Positions 44,433-55,143 of a stretch of 64,000 bases of DNA are shown in pieces (within the stretch, counting starts at the first letter, position 1; the number at the start of each line of letters is the position of its first letter). The position numbers were made by a program, and so were the translations under genes. The notes beneath the pieces are model-generated. The model did not search any database. It saw only the letters and a list, made by a program, of their open reading frames with translations, and had not been told where the DNA came from. The stretch comes from Meyerozyma guilliermondii (lineage: Eukaryota), in assembly GCA_051546255.1 (NCBI GenBank), contig CP128821.1:434001-498000 (forward strand), written 5' to 3'.

Positions 44433-46241
44433 TTACTGCTTAGCTTGCTCCTTTTCCAACTCTTCCATGGTCTTCAAGTCCAATTCGTGCAACGACAGTT
44501 GAAAATGAAGTTTGAACTTGATGATCGAATTGATTATTCGCTCCACATTATCAAGTAGAAGCTTGCGGTCCTTCTTAATACTATGCTTCACTTCTTCGTA
44601 TTCCATTTGCACGCCTTGGTATCGGTTTTCTGCCTCGATGATGCCTCGATTGGTATTAATTTTCATTGCTCGAAGATCTCTCTCGAGTCGTTCAATCTGC
44701 TCAGAATATGCCATAGACTCGGCAGTTATAGAATCGTACGTTGCTTTGTATGTAGCCTTGCTGGCTGTGAGCTTGGCTTGCAAGTTATCGGCACTTTCCG
44801 TCTGCTCTCTGACCGTTTCAGATAGCACATCTATCTGATCCTGTAGTCGACTGAGTTCGTCTTGATATTGATGTATACGGGTGCTGATATTCAGCCTGAA
44901 TTCAACGAGACTTGCTTTTTCGGCCTTGAGGTCTTTGTCAACGATTTGTTCTGGTTTCAATGGTTCGGCGCTGGTCAAGATATTGGGCACCACGGCGATA
45001 TCAAACTCGTGCTCGGTTGGTGGCATGCGGAACACCATGGCGTTATACAGTACAAGAAGGTTACTGAGACTCTCGTGGTGTTTCGTGAGCTCAATTTCGC
45101 GAGTACTGACTAGATTGGCGGTTTCTTGGGCTCTCGCAGCCACCAAATCAACCTGTTTCGATAACTTGTCACGCTCGCTGTTGAGACGGTCAATATCGGA
45201 GATCAGGAAACCACGTTCTGTAATCGAGGCTTCTATCTCGCGCTTGGACGTTTCTAGCTGAGCACGCTCTTTATCGCAAGTATCGATTTCTCGTCTTATC
45301 TTGTCAAGAACGTCGCTCCATTTTGATTTCCGAGACTCCATCATCTCTATGTATGCCTTGAACTTGATCAAATCGCTCTCGAGCGCCCGGCCCTTGTGCA
45401 CGGCGTTGTCTACGGCCGACAATTGGCCCTGGAGCTCGGAATACCGCAGGGCAAGTGAGGAGTTTTCTGCAGTGATGCGATCTATATCCTGCGAAGTGCG
45501 GTCGTTGAGTTGGTGGAACTTTGCTTCGAGCTCGGCGTACTGCTGGGAGTAGTCGTCCACGCCATCGATGTAAGCCAGGTACGCTGAGCGCATATACGAG
45601 ATGTAGATTTTGTCAAACTCGTCGTCAGCAGTTAGGTACAGGTCGGGATTGACGCCCAGCGACAAGAGGATGATCTTGACGAGCCAGTAGAGCACGCCGA
45701 GGAACGCGGGCCAATTCTGACCTCCAACGGCCGAGATCTGTGACCGGTTGATGGTGTCCAAGTATGGATAATTGAGGATTTTTAGGAGCAGAAACACCTC
45801 TGTTTCAATGCTTCGTGTGAAGCGGTAGCATGGATCGAGCTTGTTATACAAGAACTGGAAGATCACCACAAAATCTTTCTGGGTGGGTTGACGAAGGGTT
45901 TTTGTGGTGAGTGGATGATTTGATTCCAACTCGAATTTGTTGGCCAGCAAAAAGTCGTGGATTTCGTGTTGGAGCAAAGCCTGGTAATTACGGTCACGAA
46001 GCGGACGAGGATCGAGGCGAGAATCCGAAGCCAAATTAGTTCCAGAACCAGTTCCAGACCCGGTTCCCATCAGACTTTGGCGTCTTTTGGACGCGGGAGT
46101 GGATAACAAGGAAGGTCTTTTTGCGGGAATTGCATCTAGAATCGAGTTCCTGGGATTGGAAAGGACCAGGGAACGGGCGCCTGCAATGGAAAGACGACCG
46201 TTGCCCCTTCGTAAAAGCGACAGCGGCGGCACCAGGCTCAT
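44433..46241 (-). CDS. NDC80: Kinetochore protein Ndc80
   Basis: DPRPLRDRNYQ, PTQKDF..IF.FLY, ISAVGGQNWP.FLG.L.W, long coiled coil. Confidence 0.96.
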   Translation of the reverse strand: MSLVPPLSLLRRGNGRLSIAGARSLVLSNPRNSILDAIPAKRPSLLSTPASKRRQSLMGTGSGTGSGTNLASDSRLDPRPLRDRNYQALLQHEIHDFLLANKFELESNHPLTTKTLRQPTQKDFVVIFQFLYNKLDPCYRFTRSIETEVFLLLKILNYPYLDTINRSQISAVGGQNWPAFLGVLYWLVKIILLSLGVNPDLYLTADDEFDKIYISYMRSAYLAYIDGVDDYSQQYAELEAKFHQLNDRTSQDIDRITAENSSLALRYSELQGQLSAVDNAVHKGRALESDLIKFKAYIEMMESRKSKWSDVLDKIRREIDTCDKERAQLETSKREIEASITERGFLISDIDRLNSERDKLSKQVDLVAARAQETANLVSTREIELTKHHESLSNLLVLYNAMVFRMPPTEHEFDIAVVPNILTSAEPLKPEQIVDKDLKAEKASLVEFRLNISTRIHQYQDELSRLQDQIDVLSETVREQTESADNLQAKLTASKATYKATYDSITAESMAYSEQIERLERDLRAMKINTNRGIIEAENRYQGVQMEYEEVKHSIKKDRKLLLDNVERIINSIIKFKLHFQLSLHELDLKTMEELEKEQAKQ

Positions 46242-46742
46242 GAGAATGTTTGTTTATGCGAGTGCAGGAGAAATGAGAAGAGGGTGCAGGGTGGAAGTGA
46301 GAAGTTATCTGCAGTAGTTTGGGGTTGCCTGCAGTACGTCTGATTTTCGTGGCCCCTGCGCGCGCCGCCCAAACAAACACCAGATTGGCGATAGGTTTAC
46401 GTTAGTGTACGGAAATCGATCATTTTTGATTTTGGACGCTACTAGTGTGTTTGTGTAGTGGTAACTAGTGTCCGTGCAAAGTTTCCGTACTTGGAGTTGT
46501 ATTTAGCGTGACTTTTCCGGCCCACGTTCCTCCTGCTGGTTCTATATTTACGAACAAGTTTTGCTGACGAAGGATAGACGGTCGGTTAAGCAAGATAAAG
46601 TGAGATAACTGAGAAGCAGACGAAGTCAGACGAAGTCGAGAAGTATCGAAAGAAGAAAAGGATTAGTGACTGAGAGTTACAGAGAAGTCAAAGATAGCAT
46701 TCACCGGCAGAGAGTTACTAAGGACTATTCTTGTAGTCGAGA

Positions 46743-47170
46743 GAAACATTGATAGGTAACAGCGACAGAAACTACTGACAACTGACAGAATCTACTGACA
46801 GAATTACTGACAGAAATTACTGACAGAAACTACCGACAAACACCTGACAGAATCTACTGGCAAAGTACTGACAGAAACATTGATTGGTATTAGTGACAAA
46901 ATCTACTGACAAATAACTGACAGAAGTCATTGACGGAATCTATTGACAGAAATTACTGACAAACTACTGACAAAAACATTGATTAATATCACTGACAGAA
47001 ATTGCTGAAGGGTATCACTGACAGATATTTACAGAAACTACTGAAGATTATTGACAGAAACTATTGACAGTACTGACTGTGGACTCAACAAGCAATATCT
47101 GACAGAACTACTGACAGATATTTCCAGTATTACTGACAGTTTACCGACTGATTTCTGACTCAATACTGAC
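46743..47170 (+). repeat. Degenerate 12-13 bp tandem array (consensus about AAACTACTGACAG)
   Basis: About 20 same-strand TGACA cores; AAACATTGAT recurs three times, suggesting higher-order duplication. Confidence 0.85.
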
Positions 47171-47243
47171 TTGTTAAAAGAGTTCAACAAACCACAACCA
47201 CGCGATCACCACTAAATCACCAGCTTATTCATACCATTGCATC

Positions 47244-48437
47244 ATGTCCATTAACGACCCAAAGTCGCCAGTGTCATCGCCTACGCCAAAATCGGTTCGT
47301 ATGGACGCACCGTCCACTCCTCCGCGCCATAAACGGCTCTCGGCCACCTTTCTTCAAACCCCCGACCTGAACTATGACCAGGTTCCCTACTCGCCGTCCT
47401 TGAAAAGAACAAGCTCTGGAAGCTACAAGTCCCCCGACGACAAGCTCTCGTCGCATAATGTGGCGTCGCCGGCGCCGGGGAATATGCTCAAGACTCCACG
47501 GCCCTCTGGCTATGATTCTGACGACCAAATAGAGCCTCGGAAAGTCCCGAAAACTCCCCAGTTTTTCTCTCCTGCCAAAAAACTCTTTAATGATGACGAC
47601 CAGCCGCCCGAACTTGCGGAAATTAGCCTGCAACTCCGGTCTCGTTTGAGCTCAGCAATGGGAAAACTCCAACAGAATAAGCTGTCGCCTACAAAAGTCG
47701 ACTTGGTCGATTTGTCATTTACATCCACGGTATCCCCGTCAAAGAAACTCAAGGTCAACGGACGCCTTGCTCATAGCGCACCGCTGTTGCCCCAGGGCAG
47801 TCCTACTCGGCACACAGACGTTTCGGAATCGGTGTCGCAGCCGACCAATCTTAATCTCCAAACACTTCAGCATTCTCCCGTGCCTCGAGGCACTTCTTCA
47901 TTTCCACATTCGCCCCAGCCCGGCCTCAAACAGTCGCCGCAGTTCGCAGACCAGGAGCGGGTGATAAACGTGCCGTCGCCGGACGAGGAAGCCAGCGCCC
48001 ATAATGCCCTTATAGCTGCAATCTCCAGACAAAGACGTAAATCGAGGACATCATTTTCGTCAGCCGAGAAACGACGGCTGTCGTCGATAACTGAGGCGCC
48101 GCTCGGCCTCAACCTTCCTCCTATAAACATGCCTTTGAAACAGGACAAAAAACCCATCAACGAGCAGGACGCAGTGTATTCTCTCATGTCGCTTCTGTCG
48201 CCGCAATCGATGAAGTTTGGCCACAGTCGATCACAAAGTTTGAACAATAACACCACGTCGACGTCGTCGTCGCGGTCTTCGTCGGTGGTGAGTCCTCAAC
48301 TGTCAACGGTGTTGCCGCCTATTAGTGGACTCATCAATACGACATCGGCATCAGCTTCTACAGGCTACAATAACGATAATGACGCTACCGATATCGAGAA
48401 TGATTCTACGGACGAAGACGTGAGCGGGCCCGAATAG
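47244..48437 (+). CDS. Whi5/Nrm1-family G1/S transcriptional co-repressor
   Basis: GTB-like QLRSRLSSAMGKLQ; many S/T-P CDK sites; EQDAVYSLM..SP motif. Confidence 0.65.
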   Translation: MSINDPKSPVSSPTPKSVRMDAPSTPPRHKRLSATFLQTPDLNYDQVPYSPSLKRTSSGSYKSPDDKLSSHNVASPAPGNMLKTPRPSGYDSDDQIEPRKVPKTPQFFSPAKKLFNDDDQPPELAEISLQLRSRLSSAMGKLQQNKLSPTKVDLVDLSFTSTVSPSKKLKVNGRLAHSAPLLPQGSPTRHTDVSESVSQPTNLNLQTLQHSPVPRGTSSFPHSPQPGLKQSPQFADQERVINVPSPDEEASAHNALIAAISRQRRKSRTSFSSAEKRRLSSITEAPLGLNLPPINMPLKQDKKPINEQDAVYSLMSLLSPQSMKFGHSRSQSLNNNTTSTSSSRSSSVVSPQLSTVLPPISGLINTTSASASTGYNNDNDATDIENDSTDEDVSGPE

Positions 48438-48579
48438 TCCAACGATACGTATGCATTTGCAACCTAATAGTGACGCAATATAGTATTTATTTTTAGACGT
48501 GCATCTGGTATTCCAATTTATATGCAAACCTGCTCCCCCTTTCGATACATTTGTGGGGAAGTTTCCGAGATCCTTTTTC

Positions 48580-51150
48580 ATGGGTTTATTTGGCAAGTCT
48601 TCTCTACCGGGCCATCCAGCAGTAGAACAGACAATTGGTCTGTGGCACTTCCGTCAGTGCGGCGAGGCGAGCTGGAGAAACGCATCCACTTCCACCAATG
48701 GAAATCAAGTGCATCTTGACTTGTTGGAAAATGGCGATATTTCGGACCCATTTATAGATATGAACGAGAAATCCGTGCAGTGGGTCGGCGAAAATGACTG
48801 GGAGTACCAGACCACATTTGACGTCTCTGATGCAGCTTCTGCATGTTTGACGCACGAGATGCATTTTGACGGGCTTGACACATTTTGTGCTGCAGCTCTC
48901 AATGGCACCGAGATTCTTCGTTCGGATAACATGTTTCGGGGCTATGTCGTGGACGTGACGAAGCATATCAAGGAAAAGGACAACGAGCTCGTTCTTGTGT
49001 TCAAAAGTGCATTGAAAAAGGGAAGAGAACTTGAAAAAAAGAATGGAGTCCGGTTTTGCTCTAATGGTGAAACTTCTCGAGTTCACGTGAGAAAAGCTCA
49101 GTACCACTACGGATGGGACTGGGGACCACTTCTCATGACGTGTGGACCGTGGAAACCTGTTCGATTGGTTTCTTTTTCGGCCGGCAAATTCTTGGACTTT
49201 TTCCCTCGGTGCTCAGTGGACTCTGATTTGAAAGCTACGATAAATTTTGAAGTTGAAGTCGAGGTATCTGGGACCTCTACGGTATTTGTGGACATATTTG
49301 CACCCACGGGTGAGATAATTGACACTGTTGAGCAAAAAATTAAAAAGTCCGGTGTTGCAAATTTTAAATACAAATTGAAAAATCCAAAGCTTTGGTACCC
49401 AAAGGGGTATGGGGAACAATCACGGTATCGATTTTCTGCTCGGTTGGTTGATGGAAATAACTTTTTGCTCGACACCAAAGACAAATTAATTGGTTTGAGA
49501 AGAGCAGAGTTGGTCCAGGAAAAAGTTGCAGATGAAAAAGGTTTGTCGTTTTACTTTCGGATCAACAATATTCCAGTGTATTGTGCTGGAAGCAACTGGA
49601 TTCCCGCTCACTCGTTCACTTGCAAATTGACAGAGAAGGACTACAAAGAATGGATGCAATTGGTGGACGAAGGAAACCAGAATATGGTGCGAGTTTGGGG
49701 AGGGGGAATTTATGAATACGATTGGCTTTATGAGGAGTGTGATAAACGTGGAATACTTGTTTGGCAAGACTTTATGTTTGGCTGTGCCGTTTATCCTGGA
49801 GACAAAGAATTTGTGCAAAATGTCAAAGAGGAAGTTGAGTATCAGGTCAAGCGATTGAGACAATTTTGCAGTATAGTGATTTATGCTGGCAACAATGAGG
49901 ACTATCAGGTAGCGGAGCTGCTTGGGATCAGGTGGGATTCCAACGATCTGAAGAAAAATTATTCGAAAACAGAGTTTCCAGCTCGTACTTTATATGAGGT
50001 GGTTTTCCCCAAATTGGTGTCTTCCTTGACGGATGTTGCATACCACAAAGGGTCTCCATACAGTCCTGGACACAATATTCCCACCAGTGACCAGACTGTG
50101 GGAGACTTACACCAATGGAATGTTTGGCATGGAAGCCAGGAAAAGTACCAAGATTGGTATAAACTTGGAGGACGATTTGTTTCCGAGTTTGGCATGTTGG
50201 CGTTTCCCAACGTCAAGACAATTGACAAGTATGTCACTACGGACAAGGACAAGTATCCCCAGCTGGAGGTGATGGACCACCATAACAAATCGGACGGTTT
50301 TGAGCGGAGGTTGGCTCTTTACGTTATGGAGAATTTTCACGTCCAAGATATGCGATTGAAAAATTGGGTTTATATCACTCAATTGATGCAACTGGAATGC
50401 CTCGCGTATGCTTATAGGTGCTGGAGACGAAACTGGGGCCGGGACGGAAAAAGAGCCAGTGGTGGAGCGTTGGTGTGGCAGACCAACGATTGCTGGCCGG
50501 TGACCAGCTGGGCAATAATTGACTTTTTCCGGGTTCCAAAACTAGCATATTACGCTGTCAAGCGGGAGAGCCAGCCATTGGCTTTGGGAATATATCGAAA
50601 CGAGGTTCGAATCGCAAACGAAGGAGAACCAGATTTGAGCAAGCAGACTCCATACCATGACTATGCTGCACGAGAATATTACGTTGATATCTGGGGAGTC
50701 AATTCTTCGTTGTTTGAGTTCCAAGGGGTGCTCCGGGTGGAAATCTACGACAGCGAAAGTGGAAACTTGGTCAAAAAGCTCAACGACAAGAATGTTTTAT
50801 TGGCTGCAAATCAGACCACAGAGATTATTTCGCGGCTCCATTTACCAGATTTCAAGCAAGTTGTACTTGCCAAACTTGTAGGACAAGACGGTAACATTGC
50901 ATTCAAGGCTGGTGACTGGCCGCAACCTCTCAAGTACATCAGATGGCCCGAAGATACAAAAATTGACGTTTTGGTTGCGGAAGATGGAATCGTGAAAATC
51001 ACCGCGAACAAATTGGTCAAAGGTGTGGAGTTGATAACGGACTCGAAGTTGAACGATAATGGCTTTGATTTGTACCCTAATGAGACGCATGTGGTGTTGG
51101 CACCTGGAATTAAGGCGGGAGAAAAAATCGAGATCAATTACTTGAAATAA
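48580..51150 (+). CDS. Beta-mannosidase (glycoside hydrolase family 2)
   Basis: RKAQYHYGWDWGP, GSNWIP, NMVRVWGGGIYE, GNNE, RFVSEFG, WQTNDCWP; no signal peptide seen. Confidence 0.93.
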   Translation: MGLFGKSSLPGHPAVEQTIGLWHFRQCGEASWRNASTSTNGNQVHLDLLENGDISDPFIDMNEKSVQWVGENDWEYQTTFDVSDAASACLTHEMHFDGLDTFCAAALNGTEILRSDNMFRGYVVDVTKHIKEKDNELVLVFKSALKKGRELEKKNGVRFCSNGETSRVHVRKAQYHYGWDWGPLLMTCGPWKPVRLVSFSAGKFLDFFPRCSVDSDLKATINFEVEVEVSGTSTVFVDIFAPTGEIIDTVEQKIKKSGVANFKYKLKNPKLWYPKGYGEQSRYRFSARLVDGNNFLLDTKDKLIGLRRAELVQEKVADEKGLSFYFRINNIPVYCAGSNWIPAHSFTCKLTEKDYKEWMQLVDEGNQNMVRVWGGGIYEYDWLYEECDKRGILVWQDFMFGCAVYPGDKEFVQNVKEEVEYQVKRLRQFCSIVIYAGNNEDYQVAELLGIRWDSNDLKKNYSKTEFPARTLYEVVFPKLVSSLTDVAYHKGSPYSPGHNIPTSDQTVGDLHQWNVWHGSQEKYQDWYKLGGRFVSEFGMLAFPNVKTIDKYVTTDKDKYPQLEVMDHHNKSDGFERRLALYVMENFHVQDMRLKNWVYITQLMQLECLAYAYRCWRRNWGRDGKRASGGALVWQTNDCWPVTSWAIIDFFRVPKLAYYAVKRESQPLALGIYRNEVRIANEGEPDLSKQTPYHDYAAREYYVDIWGVNSSLFEFQGVLRVEIYDSESGNLVKKLNDKNVLLAANQTTEIISRLHLPDFKQVVLAKLVGQDGNIAFKAGDWPQPLKYIRWPEDTKIDVLVAEDGIVKITANKLVKGVELITDSKLNDNGFDLYPNETHVVLAPGIKAGEKIEINYLK

Positions 51151-51545
51151 GTGAGAGGAAAATGGAAATTGAGAGATGTAAAAGATGAAAATGTAAGATG
51201 GAATCGTAAAAGATGGAATTGTGAAATTGGGAAAATAAAATTGAAAAATGTAAAATTGAAAATGTAAACCGAAAAGTGTAAAATGTGAAAAATAAGAAAA
51301 ATACGAAGTATGAAAATAAATTTACGAAACTGTAAAGTGTGAAATATGGAATGTGAAAAATGTCGAATTGAAAGGTGTAAAATTGAAAGCATGAGGTGAT
51401 AAGTGTAATATATCAAATGTAAAATATACAAAGGTGAATTGTGAAAAATGTAAGAGCTGAAGAATGAGATAAAAATGTAAACACGAAAATATAGAAAATC
51501 TAAAAAATGGAAAATTTCATAAACTTCATAAATCACAGAAATGAG
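51150..51545 (+). repeat. A-rich low-complexity (AAATGTAA/GTGAAA) tract
   Basis: About 400 bp with very few C on the + strand, directly after the mannosidase stop. Confidence 0.7.
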
Positions 51546-51964
51546 AATTCAGAAACATGACGTCAGATGAATCAATTCCACGTCGTTTCTTCATCATATC
51601 CAATCGCACCACTGTCCATGTCAGCAGCCTGTGGAACTGCACAAAAGACTTCTTTCCTGCATACACCTATTGTAATCCGGACCTTGCGAATAGCGTTATC
51701 TGGTTTGCGATATGTGCGAAAGTAAATTCCTGCATCTAGGATATCGTCGCCTGTTCCGGCGCGACATTGCACGAAAAAAAAGAGAAATCATTAGATTAGT
51801 AATTTCTGCTATTGGCTACTATTTTACGTATAAGCAAGCTATAAATTTGGCGCTTGTTGCAAAATAATCTTGGAGGTGCAAGGAATACAAAACACACCAA
51901 AAGTCACCCAATAATATTAAACCAAACCAAAAACTTTATCGAACAGAATTACCTCAGAGACCAA

Positions 51965-52948
51965 ATGGCGGTTTTACTTCTTCTTCACCCAACGGTGGTC
52001 ACAGATCCCGCTCTAGCTGAAGCCAGCAAGAAAAAATGGATCCAAAATGACGAAGAAGTCACACAACACATCATAGATCGAGTCGCTAACAACATAGTGG
52101 AGGTGCCTCAAAATCACTACTCAAAAGTGGTTTACATCAACCCCAATGAGGCCCAGCATCGTGGGTTGCCAGCACAGACGATAGAACAAATATTTGGCTT
52201 TTTGAAGCCGGAGGGAAAATTTTGCGGTGACTTGCCAATTGACCAAAATTTGGATGCGATAATGTCGGGTTTTGTGGTGGAAGATGAACACTGGTTGAAG
52301 CCAAAACCGATGGCTTCGGTGGCGATTCCGCTTAGAAAGAAGGAAAAAACCGACAAAAATGAACCCAAAAAATTACCCATATTCAAAAAGCTCAACCAAG
52401 ATCCGGGAATGACCGACACTTCTGCCAGCAATACCGACGAGGAAGAAACGGCAATCAAGCGGAAACTCGAGGAGTCCAAGTTGTCGTACTTTTCTGATGA
52501 CAGCGACGGAGAAGATGACCTTGTGAACGAGGATGAATTGATTGACAATTCTGGACTCAACTACAATTTGGTGGTGCCCAAAAAATGTGAGCTTCCCAAC
52601 GGAAAAAGGAGAAGAAAAGCTTGTAAAGATTGTACTTGTGGACTCAAGGAGTTGGAGGAGAGCGAAGACAATAGACAGAGAACATTACAGGATCAAATTC
52701 TTGGATCCATGGCTCAACTGGCCACCAAAGAAGCTATTGAAATCGAAAAAAGACTTGCTAAATCGGTCAAATTCACTGAAGATGAACTTACAGAAGTCGA
52801 TTTTACCGTGCAAGGAAAGACTGGAGGTTGTAACTCTTGTGCTTTGGGAGATGCTTTTCGCTGTGATGGGTGCCCATACTTGGGACTTCCACCTTTCAAG
52901 CCAGGAGAGGCAATCACCATTGATGGAATAGATGAGGACTGGAGTTAA
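51965..52948 (+). CDS. DRE2: Fe-S cluster assembly factor Dre2 (anamorsin)
   Basis: LLLLHPTVVT start; C-x-RRKACKDCTCG and CNSCALGDAFRCDGCPYLG motifs. Confidence 0.97.
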   Translation: MAVLLLLHPTVVTDPALAEASKKKWIQNDEEVTQHIIDRVANNIVEVPQNHYSKVVYINPNEAQHRGLPAQTIEQIFGFLKPEGKFCGDLPIDQNLDAIMSGFVVEDEHWLKPKPMASVAIPLRKKEKTDKNEPKKLPIFKKLNQDPGMTDTSASNTDEEETAIKRKLEESKLSYFSDDSDGEDDLVNEDELIDNSGLNYNLVVPKKCELPNGKRRRKACKDCTCGLKELEESEDNRQRTLQDQILGSMAQLATKEAIEIEKRLAKSVKFTEDELTEVDFTVQGKTGGCNSCALGDAFRCDGCPYLGLPPFKPGEAITIDGIDEDWS

Positions 52949-53059
52949 GGAGAACAAAACAAAATGTTGAAAACTGGAATGAAAGAATGCTGAAAAAAGT
53001 CAACAGAACTCATCAGTATTTTATGATTAACATAATTTAAGAATCCACCAACATCTCTA

Positions 53060-53145
53060 ACTCTGAGCTTATGGATTTAGACTTATGAATTAAGATCTTG
53101 GACTTAAGACTTTATGGACTTAACAACTTATGAAAGACTTATAAT
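53060..53145 (+). repeat. Short GACTTA(TG) repeat cluster downstream of DRE2
   Basis: About 7 ACTTA/GACTT units. Confidence 0.5.
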
Positions 53146-54249
53146 TTTTCTCATCACTGGAGGCCAAAGTTCTGGAATCTTATCTGTTGGTAAGCTAACA
53201 ATGGAATTTGTTCATTTACGAAGTTGAATGGAATTGTGATCATGTTCTATGCAAAGACTCTGTCAAGTTTTCAGAGCCTAATAGTCCAATTTCAACCAAT
53301 TTTACCAATACATGGGAATGATGTGTATGCTGAAGATTTGATTTTTGTTGGCTATCCGAGTAGCCATCTATTACCCGAAAGTTTAGAAAATTATTCAGAA
53401 AATTATTTAAGATTTACCTTTAGGGTATTTTATGTGCATGTATTTTTTCCATCAGATATTTTTCACAATTGTCTTGTGTGGTGGACAACCATCTTTCCTT
53501 CATCTTTTGCAATGTAACATTTACGATGGTTAAGCTTGGCGACCTCTCCTGTATGCAATTAGTAGATAGTTGTAGTATGAGAAGTTTTGAAATGATGGTG
53601 GGGGGCCATCGAGATGCAAGCCACCTCGTGCTAATGCGCGATCGGAAAATAGAACAAGTGAAGTTGCTGCCCCTATGGGTAAGTAAGGTGGCACCCATGC
53701 ATGGTGACTAGCGAGACGTGCATAAAATAGATAACAACACAAGGAAAGATCTGCCTGGGTCTTATTCTGTTATGCCCGCTACATGCATTAAGAGATTGAA
53801 ATATGCATATGCACCCATCAACTTGCATTGCATTAAAAAAGCAAAAGGTAACAAGTAACAAAACAATCTGCACCTGCATCTGCTGCACCTACACCTACAT
53901 GATTTTTTTTTGTTTTTTTTTTAGTAGTAGTAGTTTGTCCAGATGCAACCTAGTTGATGCATTCTGCAATATGCAACTTTATATGTACATCCAATTCCTG
54001 CAACCTGCATCTACAACCCGCGACGAGCATACCGCCCGAAATAGGACGTGCGTCAAGGTCACTTGTATATTAGACAAAATTCCTTTTTGTCTTCACTAAC
54101 AAAAATGGTAATAGTATAGTCGTAACCATTGCTATGTTTCATTTATGCTCAAAGTCCAATTATGAAATGGATGAGAGGGGAAAATGATTTTTTTCGCCAT
54201 CATGCATGAATTTTTCGGCTTTTACGTACCTTATTGTATTAAAAGTCAA

Positions 54250-54610
54250 TGCCCTTAGTTGACGTAACCTTAATAGTGTACGTCATGGGGATCTATCTGG
54301 CCCATTGTCTTTTTGTCGTCATGCATACGGATAAGGAGAGTCAATAGCAGGAGCCCTGCTCTAAGTACCAAACAGGTAATTCGGGTGCCGCACAGCCTTT
54401 GCGCATACGGCTGATGACGATAATTCCGAGGTGAGTTAGCCTTACCCACAGGTACGACCTACACCAAACGGCAGGCGTAAACGCAGGGCAACTTCAACCG
54501 AAGGTCGAACAAACTCATGTGAATAGAGTTTGAGGGGACACTGACGCACCCCCACTGACGTAAGCACTGGGCTACTATGCGATACGGGGCGAAGTCGAGG
54601 ACGGATTAGT
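54250..54610 (-). ncRNA. Candidate structured RNA, unidentified
   Basis: GC-rich island with several adjacent stems, a C(UUCG)G tetraloop and G-U pairs that work only on the minus strand. Confidence 0.35.
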
Positions 54611-55143
54611 GAGACATGATTGCAACATTGAAGTTCGGAGTAGAATAGAATGTAGAATGTTGTGATTTGAATTTGGAGAGAATTGAAAAGTAGATTTTTT
54701 TATGTAATTTTGTTAAGCGAAAGACTATTATTGTAGAAGATAAGCGAGATAACCATACTAAAGCTAATAAGTGAAGAGTCAAAAATAAAAGGAAAAGTTA
54801 AGAGTCAAAAGTTGAAAGTCAAAAGTTGAATTGACTAAAATCCAAACAACCTAGAAATTCAGAATTGATCAAGGCTAGTAATTATTGATTAATAGCTAGT
54901 AATGATCTCACTAATAAAATTGAGAGCTAGAATTGATCTCACTAATTCAATTGATGTACAGTAAAAATTGATCAGATCGCTACAGTTGATTGGGTCAAGC
55001 TAATAACTCTCTACTTCTGAATAGGTGTATTAATGAACAAGATCATGAGTATTCATCGTATCAATAATCGTGAATGTTTCCATCAGTCGTCCGTATTACC
55101 GTATTATCTATAGAATCACACCTGGTGACTAGAATGAATAGGA

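Noticed and set aside
46743..47170. CRISPR-like array
   Set aside because: Eukaryotic DNA; short degenerate units without unique spacers; no cas genes
51138..51536. 132-aa F/I/H-rich ORF
   Set aside because: Artefact of a low-complexity T-rich strand
54374..54395. GGTAATTCGGGTG..CACAG resembling RNase P CR-I
   Set aside because: No matching P4 3' strand (CR-V) found downstream
54411..54440. CTGATGA as a hammerhead ribozyme core
   Set aside because: No stem II followed by GAAA
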